Source: a virus
Taxonomy: Duplodnaviria; Caudoviricetes
DNA length: 64,000 bases
IMG/VR virus record: IMGVR_UViG_3300030433_001577
Span: 389 to 64,388 of that record
Reading direction: 5' to 3' (one strand)
Numbering within the stretch: the stretch's first letter is position 1; every line of letters begins with the position of its first letter. Positions 8,975-17,453 of the stretch are shown piece after piece. A model generated the notes under the pieces. It was not told the DNA's origin and did no database searches. It worked only from the letters and a program-made list of their open reading frames with translations. A program made the position numbers and the translations under genes.

Positions 8975-9534
8975 AGAAAATAATGGTAATAGGCGCAGGA
9001 GGAATTGGAAGTTTCCTTATTCCCCTGCTTGACCGAGTGAACGAATATGAAATCAATGTATGGGATGATGACATTGTTGAGAAAAAGAACCTGTCATATC
9101 AGGATTTTTATGAAGACGATGTGGGAAAGCATAAGACAGATGTGATGTCTTATCGCTACCGTAATGTAAAAAGTCATCCTTACCGTGTCCTAACAAAGAA
9201 ACAACTTACGGGATATGATTTGGTTATCTGTTGTGTAGATAATCTTGAACTGCGACGGCTACTTTATCTTGTAGATACTGAGAAAATTAAATGGTTGGAC
9301 TTGAGAGCGCAAGCCCGTAATGGACTACTAATTAGTTTTCAAGAGAACCCTGATAACTTTGCCATATTGACAAATGGGCCAGATGGTAATTTTAGTTGTC
9401 AAGGCGATGAATGGGATAGAAGCAACGCAGGTGTTCACTTCACCCACGTTGCAATTGCAGGAATGGGCGCACAATGGGTTCAAAGATATTTTGCAGGAGA
9501 TAAAACACATACTCATGTGAGGTTATCAATATGA
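8971..9534 (+). CDS. ThiF/MoeB/UbaA-family E1-like adenylating enzyme
   Basis: IMVIGAGGIGS (GxGxxG), WDDDIVEKKNLSYQ, VGKHK, DLVICCVDN; candidate catalytic Cys in FSCQG. Confidence 0.88.
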   Translation: MKKIMVIGAGGIGSFLIPLLDRVNEYEINVWDDDIVEKKNLSYQDFYEDDVGKHKTDVMSYRYRNVKSHPYRVLTKKQLTGYDLVICCVDNLELRRLLYLVDTEKIKWLDLRAQARNGLLISFQENPDNFAILTNGPDGNFSCQGDEWDRSNAGVHFTHVAIAGMGAQWVQRYFAGDKTHTHVRLSI

Positions 9535-9638
9535 AAGAGAAGAGATTTTGTAAAAAGTGTGGGGCAGGACTAGCCATGCGAATTAGTGAAGAACGATGTC
9601 CAAAATGTAAAAGGAGAAAGAAATATGAAAACAATTAG
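9531..9638 (+). CDS. 35-aa CxxC...CxxC Zn-ribbon peptide between E1 and JAB (not in ORF track)
   Basis: MKEKRFCKKCGAGLAMRISEERCPKCKRRKKYENN; ATGA overlap with the E1 stop. Confidence 0.5.
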   Translation: MKEKRFCKKCGAGLAMRISEERCPKCKRRKKYENN

Positions 9639-10326
9639 AATTGGAAAGGTAGAAGAATATGCGGATGACCTTTTGTTAAACCAAAGGTTGGATGAGATAG
9701 AACAAGATGAAGATGTGGTGATTGAAGAAATCTTTGTTGAAGGCGGAATTATTTACGCTGATGCTGTTGATGTTGTTCAATACACTATCACGGAATTTAA
9801 CGACGATAAGACATATCATGGTTCAGAAATGGGATTATTCTTCAAAGGTAATGAACCCAAAAGTGGGCCACTAAATGTTCGCTATACTGACATTGAACCT
9901 GAGGTCTGGCAAAAGGAGATAAAGGAAGTCTGGAGACATCTTTCTTTTAAGGGAGAAGATGACCCATCAGATGAGAGATTTATTGAAGCAATTTGGAATG
10001 CTTCTAAGAACATATTGCCTGGATTAGAAATATCAGTAATTATTGACCGTGATGGAAAATTGTTCATGAATAGCGGTTCGCCTGGATATGTAGACTATGG
10101 TGGAGTTATGGTTGCAGGTATGAAAATTCCTATTAAATGTTGGATTCATACCCATCCATTTGGTTCAGCCTTTTGGTCTGGAACAGATACCCATACTTTG
10201 CGTAATTGGCGACCTATCTTAGACCAAGCAATTGTTATTGGAAATCAGGAGTATTTGAAATGGGACAAATTGGAAGACAAGGAAGTAATGACGAAGGTAG
10301 TGTGGACAGAACAATTCAAGTTGTGA
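9625..10326 (+). CDS. JAB/MPN+ (JAMM) metallo-isopeptidase with acidic N-terminal domain
   Basis: Exact JAMM signature E(LEIS)...HTH-PFGSAFW-S-GT-D (HxHx7Sx2D); ATG at 9625 follows GGAGA RBS. Confidence 0.88.
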   Translation: MKTIRIGKVEEYADDLLLNQRLDEIEQDEDVVIEEIFVEGGIIYADAVDVVQYTITEFNDDKTYHGSEMGLFFKGNEPKSGPLNVRYTDIEPEVWQKEIKEVWRHLSFKGEDDPSDERFIEAIWNASKNILPGLEISVIIDRDGKLFMNSGSPGYVDYGGVMVAGMKIPIKCWIHTHPFGSAFWSGTDTHTLRNWRPILDQAIVIGNQEYLKWDKLEDKEVMTKVVWTEQFKL

Positions 10327-10364
10327 GATTCCCCACTACTGAACATAGGGTGATAAGTTGCCCT

Positions 10365-10679
10365 ATGGAATGTAATTCTGGTTGCAAAATTTGCACGGAT
10401 GGAAGTTATGAAGTTGAAGGAGAGTTATGGGTTAATATCCAACACCCCCATGTAATACAATACATACGGGATAATTTGATGTTTGTTTCTTTGGAATACA
10501 ATCGTCTTTTTGGAACGTCTTATGAATTTGTAAGCGAGGGAATGTTGAAGTTAGGATGGACTACATTTAGGGTTGATAGCCCTGTGGGTTCTATGTGGAT
10601 TTGTGTTAATTTAGTAGGAAATGTAAGACACTTTTATAGCGAAGGAGGATTAAAAAAATGGTTAGCATTAGAGAAGTAA
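10365..10679 (+). CDS. Hypothetical protein with N-terminal CxxxCxxC
   Basis: ATG at 10365 in frame with track ORF 10206..10679; GGGTGA RBS 11 nt upstream. Confidence 0.5.
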   Translation: MECNSGCKICTDGSYEVEGELWVNIQHPHVIQYIRDNLMFVSLEYNRLFGTSYEFVSEGMLKLGWTTFRVDSPVGSMWICVNLVGNVRHFYSEGGLKKWLALEK

Positions 10680-10948
10680 GAAGAATGTGGAAAGGAAAAA
10701 GAGGAATAACGGAAGACGCTGTTCATGAATTTAAGGACAGGGCTGAAATGTTGTTGGAAGCACTGGTAAGATTGGCAAACTATGAAGCCAATAAGCGAGG
10801 CCCAACATCAAGATTGAGAACACAAGATGTTCAATTGGCCTATTTGTCCATAATGGATTTGACAAATAATGTAAGGTCGAATAGAACAGATGCCGACGAT
10901 AATACCTCGTTGAACGATATTGAATTTGGAGAGTGGAATAGTGAGTAG
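10658..10948 (+). CDS. Archaeal-type histone-fold protein with acidic C-terminal tail
   Basis: IREVRRMWK-GKRGITEDAVHEF...ANYEANKRGPTSRLRTQDVQLA aligns by eye with HMf-type IGRIIK-AERVSDDA...AKHAGRKTIKAEDIELA (L1 R-x-T/S, L2 R-x-x-x-x-D). Confidence 0.7.
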   Translation: MVSIREVRRMWKGKRGITEDAVHEFKDRAEMLLEALVRLANYEANKRGPTSRLRTQDVQLAYLSIMDLTNNVRSNRTDADDNTSLNDIEFGEWNSE

Positions 10949-11180
10949 AATTAGAACTGTAACTCATGGTGAGTATGAAGTTTTAAATGTCATCCTAGAT
11001 TCTTTGGCAGTTGCTGAAAATCTGGAACGACTAAAATTTGACATGGTGCCAAGTAACGATGAAGTTGCTGAAAAGCGTTTTACACAAAGCGTAGCATCTA
11101 TCGGAACTTTCCTTACAAATATGATGGAAAGACGCAAACATAGGTTGCCTAAAAACCATCCAGATTATCGGGTGAAATGA
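10920..11180 (+). CDS. Hypothetical protein
   Basis: ORF track. Confidence 0.55.
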   Translation: MNLESGIVSRIRTVTHGEYEVLNVILDSLAVAENLERLKFDMVPSNDEVAEKRFTQSVASIGTFLTNMMERRKHRLPKNHPDYRVK

Positions 11181-11374
11181 TGAAAGAAAAAGAACAAATA
11201 CATGAGATGCTTTTAGAAGCGATTGAAAAGAAAAAACAATGGTTCGATTTGTGGAACTCTAGGGTAATGAATACTCAGCAAAATGCTGAATGCCTTAGAA
11301 ATTATACTGCACTTCGAGGAGTTGTCAAAACCTTGCGATGGGTTTTGGATGAAGTAGAAAATCCGTTGGAGTAG
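11177..11374 (+). CDS. Hypothetical protein
   Basis: ORF track; GGGTGA RBS. Confidence 0.6.
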   Translation: MMKEKEQIHEMLLEAIEKKKQWFDLWNSRVMNTQQNAECLRNYTALRGVVKTLRWVLDEVENPLE

Positions 11375-11379
11375 ATAAT

Positions 11380-11688
11380 ATGCATTATGATGATGAAAAA
11401 GCACCCAATACGATTGAGGAAGGTGTAAATAGAATTATAGAGTGCATTTTGGTTGAGTTTCTTGAAGGTGAAGAATATTTGGAATATCCGAATTGTTGCT
11501 ATGTAAATTGGAATGACGCACAAAAGAAAAGATATATCAAATCTGGCGAGAAAGTGGTAAAAATGTTATCACAATTTCTGGAAAGCGGAAATTTGGTTAA
11601 GGAAAAAGTAAAGGAGGTTTCACAAGTTCCCACAAATCTTAATAAGTCTATGACGATTAGAGATTATATGAGAGCGTATGTGGGATGA
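11380..11688 (+). CDS. Hypothetical protein
   Basis: ORF track. Confidence 0.55.
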   Translation: MHYDDEKAPNTIEEGVNRIIECILVEFLEGEEYLEYPNCCYVNWNDAQKKRYIKSGEKVVKMLSQFLESGNLVKEKVKEVSQVPTNLNKSMTIRDYMRAYVG

Positions 11689-11905
11689 AGAATTAGACTT
11701 TAACAGCCCCCTCACAGTAGGAAACATTGTAGACATTATTGGACAAGACGGAATCCGTGAAATGTCCGAGATTGTCAAAGTGCATTGTCTTATTTGTGGA
11801 GAAACATTTATCGGACCTAAAGATAAAGCAGGAATGTTTATTAAAGGACACAAAGAGTATCATTTGTGGGAGACCACACTCTATGATACTTTAGGTGGAC
11901 CGTGA
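11678..11905 (+). CDS. C2H2-like Zn-finger protein
   Basis: CLICG...HKEYH. Confidence 0.55.
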   Translation: MWDEELDFNSPLTVGNIVDIIGQDGIREMSEIVKVHCLICGETFIGPKDKAGMFIKGHKEYHLWETTLYDTLGGP

Positions 11906-12315
11906 TGTATTCAGAAGGACAAATGCAGGGAATTTTTATATTAACAGCAATACCATCTTTTTCTATGACAACAGTAAAAGGTGGGTATGAACCTCGTTAT
12001 AAGATTATGATGAGATTGCCAGAACATTTACTTGAACCTGTTAGCAGGTCATTGACAGCGATGAACATTCATCATGTTATGATTAGAGAACGTGGTCGTA
12101 GAGTAGATTCAATTATTGTTAGGAGAAGATTCGATATACTGAGAGTATGTGATTTGATGCCAGACTCACCGACAAAGAGTAAGTCATGGCGCAAATTCAA
12201 GAGGGTTATGAACATGGTTAGAAATGGTGAACATTTAGAAGAGGATAGTAAGTATAGATTTGAGAGGGTTTTAAATGAAGACGAAGACGAACAAACCATT
12301 CTTAGTAGTAGGTAA
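11902..12315 (+). CDS. LAGLIDADG-fold protein, apparently catalytically degenerate, free-standing
   Basis: Short N-terminal helix, GYEPRYKIMM strand, KSKSWRKFKRVMNMVRNGEHLEE tail typical of single LAGLIDADG domains; no acidic residue after the first helix. Confidence 0.5.
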   Translation: MMYSEGQMQGIFILTAIPSFSMTTVKGGYEPRYKIMMRLPEHLLEPVSRSLTAMNIHHVMIRERGRRVDSIIVRRRFDILRVCDLMPDSPTKSKSWRKFKRVMNMVRNGEHLEEDSKYRFERVLNEDEDEQTILSSR

Positions 12316-13108
12316 ATCTGGAACGGGTGTAACTACAAAGGCAAAGACATTGATTGGTTGCAAAGAGTATAGAATATTCTATGCCAACGACATACCGATT
12401 AGCGATGTATATTCATGGCCTTTGGAGATTGGCATTATCATTGAAGATGTGCATTACAAGCCCGATAAGGATAAGATATTGGATTTGATTTATTCAGGTC
12501 GCAATATTGTCCTTACTAGTAAGAACAAAAAAGATGTAAGCAAAGTGATAATTGATTGCTGTCAAGTTAAGATGGCAGGTAGTAAAAATTACAACCAAAT
12601 TATCCTGAGAGCAAAAGCAAAAAACTCTCAGGATTTCAAAGTAGTAGATGACAATATATGGGCTATGACAAATGCCTATATTAGAATGCCAAATAGAGAT
12701 GAATACTTGTCGGTTTTGAAAACATATCAACCGCCACCAATGCAAATACTTTCATGGGTGGTTGCTTCACAGCCTAAGAATCAAAAGTTGATGCACGTTT
12801 CAAAAGCGATGCTAAATGGTGGAGATTACTTTTACCCATTATTAGCATATTCAAAGTTGGGAACATACGGAAGTGTAGTTCCGCCAAAGCGTAAAAGCGA
12901 AAGTCCATTCCCCACTATTTGTAGAAAGTTAGGACTAAGAGCATCGGATGGATATTTGGTCAGAGATTTACTAAAAGATGAAGAATATTCTCGTTGGGCG
13001 GCTAAGAAATTAGATGAAAAGGAGTGTAAGATTTTGGGGATAAAGAAAGAGAAAAGAAGAAGAGTTTCTGTAAGAAAAGACAGAACAAAAAAGTTGGAGG
13101 ATTTTTGA
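12275..13108 (+). CDS. Clamp loader (RFC) large-subunit-like AAA+ protein, degenerate Walker A
   Basis: LVVGKSGTGVTT, Walker B IIIEDV, IVLTS sensor region; RFC small and PCNA nearby. Confidence 0.6.
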   Translation: MKTKTNKPFLVVGKSGTGVTTKAKTLIGCKEYRIFYANDIPISDVYSWPLEIGIIIEDVHYKPDKDKILDLIYSGRNIVLTSKNKKDVSKVIIDCCQVKMAGSKNYNQIILRAKAKNSQDFKVVDDNIWAMTNAYIRMPNRDEYLSVLKTYQPPPMQILSWVVASQPKNQKLMHVSKAMLNGGDYFYPLLAYSKLGTYGSVVPPKRKSESPFPTICRKLGLRASDGYLVRDLLKDEEYSRWAAKKLDEKECKILGIKKEKRRRVSVRKDRTKKLEDF

Positions 13109-13281
13109 TGCAATCTAGTAATTTTAAAACCTTGAGGAGGTTTCTAGGTGTGTCATTCTCTAGATGGTTGGGTTGTTTAACAAGTTCCTACGACCACTTT
13201 CCTATGAAATATTTAAGGGAGAAGTGGGAGTCGGATAGAACACCTGAACAGGCGGTGTTGGAATATGAAGAAAACATTTGA
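13108..13281 (+). CDS. Small hypothetical protein (not in ORF track)
   Basis: 57-aa ORF starting on the upstream stop (TGATG) after GGAGG. Confidence 0.45.
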   Translation: MQSSNFKTLRRFLGVSFSRWLGCLTSSYDHFPMKYLREKWESDRTPEQAVLEYEENI

Positions 13282-13423
13282 CTTTTTAGAAGAAGCGTCA
13301 GTATCAGTTCTCCAAACATTGAAAGAAATGAAGGATGAGTTGAGTATGACAAACAAAATTGCCATAAGCGTAACCGTTGTAAACGTAATTACTCTTGTGG
13401 TGTTGATGATAACATTATGGTGA
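13265..13423 (+). CDS. Small protein with C-terminal TM helix (not in ORF track)
   Basis: MKKTFDFLEEAS...KIAISVTVVNVITLVVLMITLW. Confidence 0.5.
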   Translation: MKKTFDFLEEASVSVLQTLKEMKDELSMTNKIAISVTVVNVITLVVLMITLW

Positions 13424-13427
13424 TAAC

Positions 13428-13652
13428 ATGAAGATAAAAGCAGAAAATGGCTATACAATAGCAAAGGAAAAGGAGAGCAAGACGAAGACAGGAATTATGG
13501 TTAGTGGTGAAGTTAATCTAGCCACAGTTGTAGATTCTGAAACGTATGAGAAAGGGCAGACAATAATTTATCTCGGTGGTTCAAATTTCTATTTGGGACA
13601 TGAGAAACTATTGGCTTTAAACAGCACACAGATTATTGGGGTGGTTGAATGA
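13428..13652 (+). CDS. groES: GroES/Cpn10-like co-chaperonin
   Basis: 74 aa; mobile-loop-like ESKTKTGIMV, C-terminal LLALNSTQIIGVVE; coupled to groEL. Confidence 0.75.
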   Translation: MKIKAENGYTIAKEKESKTKTGIMVSGEVNLATVVDSETYEKGQTIIYLGGSNFYLGHEKLLALNSTQIIGVVE

Positions 13653-15202
13653 TTTATCATGGAGATGAAGCAAAGCGACATTTGTTTGAGGGTATTGATG
13701 AATTGGCTAATGCAGTTTCGGTAACTCTTGGACCTGCTACAAAAAGCGTAATTATAGATAGAAGAGATGACCTTCCCCCATTGGTAATCAATGACGGAGT
13801 TACAGTAGCCCGACATATTTCACTTGAAGATAAGGTGAAGAATATTGGTGCTAAACTTTTGATTGAGGTTGCCAATAAAGCCCAACAGGGTGCAGGAGAT
13901 GGAACGACTTCTTCTATTGTTATTGCTCAAGCATTGATTAAAGAATGTATGAAGTTTAAGAACATTAGCGGTGTTCAAATTCGGGACACCTTAGAATACA
14001 GACTAGAACAAACGTTGGCCGCATTAGATGTAATGAAAAGAGAGATTGATATTGAGTCTGATGACTTATATGAAGTTGCTCTTGTTAGTGCAAATAACGA
14101 TGAAGGGATTGCAAAACTAATATCTTCGGCAATTAGAGAAATTGGTCGAGAAGGTATTATCACAATTGAGCCTTCCCCATATGGTAAAGACGAATACAAA
14201 GTTACAGATGGGTATGAAAGTAAGAAGGGCTTCATCAGTCCTCTTATTTCTAGAGTAATGGGTAAGAAGAAAAACTTTGAGAATCCACTTTTAGTGTTCT
14301 CAAATACTGATGTAAATAACTTCTCAGAATTGTTACCCGCATTGGAGATTTCTGTTGAGGAAAAGCGACCCATTATTTTCATGCTAAAGTCTGTAACTTT
14401 ACCTGTCATAAATTCATACCTAATGAATCAAATGAATGGTAATATTAATGCCTGTATTCTACAAGCGGAAGATATTTCATTCTGGCAGGATGATAGAATG
14501 GGCGACTTGGCTACATTAACAGGTGGAAACTTTTTCGATACGGGATTGAATATGAAGTTGGAGAATATAACTTTGGATGACATGGGAACGTGTGGAGTTG
14601 CCACCGTAACAGAAGATTACTCTACATTTGTAGAGTTTGAAAAGGATGACAAATTGATAGAGAAAAGACTAAACGCAATTGAAGAAGACATGAATTTAAC
14701 TGACAACGAATTTTATCAAAAGAAATATCTAGATAGAATTTCTAGAATTAAGGGAAGTGGTGCAGTTATTTATATTCACGGACTTTCTGAACAAGAAATT
14801 AGAAATAAAATGGATAGAATTGATGATTGTCTAAATGCTACTAGAGCCGCTTTAAACAACGGTGTTGTTCTAGGTGGTGGACTTGCACTTTACGGAGCAT
14901 CGGATGTTATGTATGCCAATGACGAAATTGACATGGCATTTATTACCGCACTACGTTCCGTATTTAATAAACTATATTACAATTTAACAGGTCAAACACT
15001 TAAGCCCGAAGAAGTATTGGTAAAGATGAAAGAAGGTTATCAGTATGACGGGAGAAGTAGAGATTGGGTTGTTTCCCATCAAATTATTGACCCTGTTGAT
15101 GTAGTAAAGTCTTCACTAAAAGCCGCAGTTAGTGTGGCTAGTTATGTGATGACGGCTGATTGCATTATTGGTGTTAAGGATGAAAAAATGCAATTACTGT
15201 GA
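13649..15202 (+). CDS. groEL: Group I chaperonin GroEL-like
   Basis: AVSVTLGP, INDGVTVAR, GAGDGTTSSIV, GVVLGGG, IIDPVDVV. Confidence 0.93.
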   Translation: MIYHGDEAKRHLFEGIDELANAVSVTLGPATKSVIIDRRDDLPPLVINDGVTVARHISLEDKVKNIGAKLLIEVANKAQQGAGDGTTSSIVIAQALIKECMKFKNISGVQIRDTLEYRLEQTLAALDVMKREIDIESDDLYEVALVSANNDEGIAKLISSAIREIGREGIITIEPSPYGKDEYKVTDGYESKKGFISPLISRVMGKKKNFENPLLVFSNTDVNNFSELLPALEISVEEKRPIIFMLKSVTLPVINSYLMNQMNGNINACILQAEDISFWQDDRMGDLATLTGGNFFDTGLNMKLENITLDDMGTCGVATVTEDYSTFVEFEKDDKLIEKRLNAIEEDMNLTDNEFYQKKYLDRISRIKGSGAVIYIHGLSEQEIRNKMDRIDDCLNATRAALNNGVVLGGGLALYGASDVMYANDEIDMAFITALRSVFNKLYYNLTGQTLKPEEVLVKMKEGYQYDGRSRDWVVSHQIIDPVDVVKSSLKAAVSVASYVMTADCIIGVKDEKMQLL

Positions 15203-15314
15203 TGGCTCAGGAATGGCTATCGAAATGAGTTGCCCCGCTTGTAAAGGAAAAGGGGTATTGAAAGGAGATGAAGAAAATGAATTGGACAGAAAAATACAGA
15301 CCAAAAAAGATTGA
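15180..15314 (+). CDS. Stand-alone DnaJ-type CxxCxGxG zinc-finger peptide (not in ORF track)
   Basis: MKKCNYCDGSGMAIEMSCPACKGKGVLKGDEENELDRKIQTKKD; overlaps groEL end and rfcS start. Confidence 0.55.
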   Translation: MKKCNYCDGSGMAIEMSCPACKGKGVLKGDEENELDRKIQTKKD

Positions 15315-16185
15315 AGAGATTGTAGGGCAAACTAAATTTACTGAAGATGCCCGAACATGGAGAACTAAAGGCGACTTCCCTAATTTGTTATTAGCAGGAA
15401 GACCTGGAACAGGAAAGACAACAGCGAGTCATGTTATCGGAAATGAATTTTTAGGCGATGATAAAGACTCAGATTTCTTGGAGATTAACGCTAGTCAAGA
15501 TAGGAAACTAGAAACAGTTAGACAAACGATTACAAACTTTGTCAATTATGGTTCAGTTTCTGATAACAAAATCAAGATTGTTTTGTTGGATGAAATTGAA
15601 GGCATGACAAGAGATTCGCAAAGAGCGTTGAAGAGAACAATGGAACGGGCAACCAATGTCCGATTTATTATTACCTGCAACGACGTGTATGGTGTAGACG
15701 AGGCTTTGAGAAGTCGTTGTGCAAACTATTTCTTTGAACCAATTGACAGTTATATTGTTGAAGATATGCTGTTAGAAATAGCGAAGAAAAATGATGTGAT
15801 GATGGCGTTGGAAGATGTTGAAACTTTGGTGGAGATTTCTGGAGGCGATATGCGTCGAGCAATCAACGAATTGCAAGCGTGTATTTATTCTGGCAAAACA
15901 CCAAAGAATTTGCATCGAGAAAATATCGTTCCTTACAAATTATGTATTCAGAATGCCCTAGACAACAAGCATGAGGAATCTTTGGATTTCTTAAACCGTC
16001 TTGTAACAGCAGGACATTCTGTAAAGGATATATGTAATAAACTCCTACAATCTGTATTAGATATGGATATACCACATGGCACTAAGTTTAAGGTAGTAGC
16101 CCTAGTAGGAGAAACAGAGTGGAGAAGCAGAAGCGTAACTCCAAAAGTTTTGGTGGCATGGTTCGTGGCAAGTATAAAACAATGA
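15268..16185 (+). CDS. rfcS: Replication factor C small subunit
   Basis: WTEKYRP, AGRPGTGKTT, EINAS, LLDEIEGM, SRC, GDMRRAINELQ. Confidence 0.93.
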   Translation: MKKMNWTEKYRPKKIEEIVGQTKFTEDARTWRTKGDFPNLLLAGRPGTGKTTASHVIGNEFLGDDKDSDFLEINASQDRKLETVRQTITNFVNYGSVSDNKIKIVLLDEIEGMTRDSQRALKRTMERATNVRFIITCNDVYGVDEALRSRCANYFFEPIDSYIVEDMLLEIAKKNDVMMALEDVETLVEISGGDMRRAINELQACIYSGKTPKNLHRENIVPYKLCIQNALDNKHEESLDFLNRLVTAGHSVKDICNKLLQSVLDMDIPHGTKFKVVALVGETEWRSRSVTPKVLVAWFVASIKQ

Positions 16186-16214
16186 ACAAACAAAAACAAA
16201 AAAGGTGAAAAAAA

Positions 16215-17453
16215 ATGATTGAAAGAGTAGAAAAAGAATTGAAGGGTCTTGCAAACAGACTCCAGATTGAAGAAAACGAAATGGTGAACAAGTATAACGA
16301 AATTGCATCAGCAAATGGAATTGATGTTAGCGAAGAACGACAGCAATTGGTTGCTCTAACTTTGGTTAGAAACCATGTGCGTGGGGTATTGTCCTCAAAC
16401 CGTTCCTCCACATCAACAGGCTATGGTAATCATGGTCATGGTTTCTTTGTTGCAATTGAACCAACACGGGATATTATGGAATGGCGACGTAAGAATGTAT
16501 TGAGCAAGTATCGTTCAGATTCTTCACAAGCCCTAAATGATGAAATTGTTGCTGAGGTTGTTCTTGAAGATGGTGCTTATGTCAAGACTCAAGTATTGAA
16601 CGGAGAATGGCAAACAAAGACTATTGGTGGATTGCCAGATGCTTCTATTGAAGTCGGTGAAAATACATGGATTGTTCCTGTTGATGCTGTAAAGACTTGG
16701 GCTAGTGGCGATAAGAATAAGAATTATGGTCGTCCTCTTCCTAAAGAACAGTTTCAATTGAGAGCGCATTTCATTGGTGCTAAGGAAGGAGAAGATTATC
16801 AATTGTGGACTTTGCAATTGAAGAATGATGCTGCTAAGAATTTTAAGGCTAACACATTTGAATGGCTTACCCTGTATGGTATCTTTAATGACGAGCGTAA
16901 CGCTATCTATGGTATTCAGAACAAGACACTACAAAGCCTAACCGCTTTAGAAAATCTTGATGAAGAAGACCCACGTTATGTAGATGTTTCGGGTCAAGAT
17001 GTTGAAACATTGTTGGTTGAATGTATGGCTGAATATTTGGGTGATTTGATGGAACTTGAATCATTCCATGAAATGATTAGCCAAAAGCAGGGAACACGTT
17101 TGATTGTTACTGATGGTATTGTTACAAGTCAAAACCTCACAGTTAATGAAAAGACGGGCAACCGTGTAATGTGGATTGAACCGCTAGATGCATCTTATGG
17201 ATTTGATGATGATGATATTCCTGATTCAACTCCTGTATGGATTCCATCTAATGTTAAGATAGACTTTGGTGCAGGTTCTGATGTTATCGTTGTTGGTCGA
17301 ACAAATCAGACTCAAAAGAAGGATGATGACGGAATGCCAATTGACGGTGAATACAACCCTGTTTCAATTAACCTATACGGTGTTTATGTAAGAACATCTA
17401 TGGGTGCTGTTGAAGAGGTTGAGGAAGCGGGGGAAGATTTGACCTTCTGGTGA
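16215..17453 (+). CDS. Single-stranded DNA-binding protein (RPA-like, multiple OB folds)
   Basis: N-terminal helical domain, beta-rich body, DFGAGSDVIVVGR OB signature, acidic-aromatic tail EEAGEDLTFW. Confidence 0.7.
   Translation: MIERVEKELKGLANRLQIEENEMVNKYNEIASANGIDVSEERQQLVALTLVRNHVRGVLSSNRSSTSTGYGNHGHGFFVAIEPTRDIMEWRRKNVLSKYRSDSSQALNDEIVAEVVLEDGAYVKTQVLNGEWQTKTIGGLPDASIEVGENTWIVPVDAVKTWASGDKNKNYGRPLPKEQFQLRAHFIGAKEGEDYQLWTLQLKNDAAKNFKANTFEWLTLYGIFNDERNAIYGIQNKTLQSLTALENLDEEDPRYVDVSGQDVETLLVECMAEYLGDLMELESFHEMISQKQGTRLIVTDGIVTSQNLTVNEKTGNRVMWIEPLDASYGFDDDDIPDSTPVWIPSNVKIDFGAGSDVIVVGRTNQTQKKDDDGMPIDGEYNPVSINLYGVYVRTSMGAVEEVEEAGEDLTFW

Noticed and set aside
11902-12315. Group I intron or intein associated with the LAGLIDADG-like ORF
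   Set aside because: Flanking genes are intact, PolB and NrdJ are of normal length with no intein signatures, and no intron core was seen.
13108-13281. Possible ncRNA in the gap left by the ORF track
   Set aside because: The gap is filled by two coupled small ORFs (13108..13281 and 13265..13423) with RBSs.
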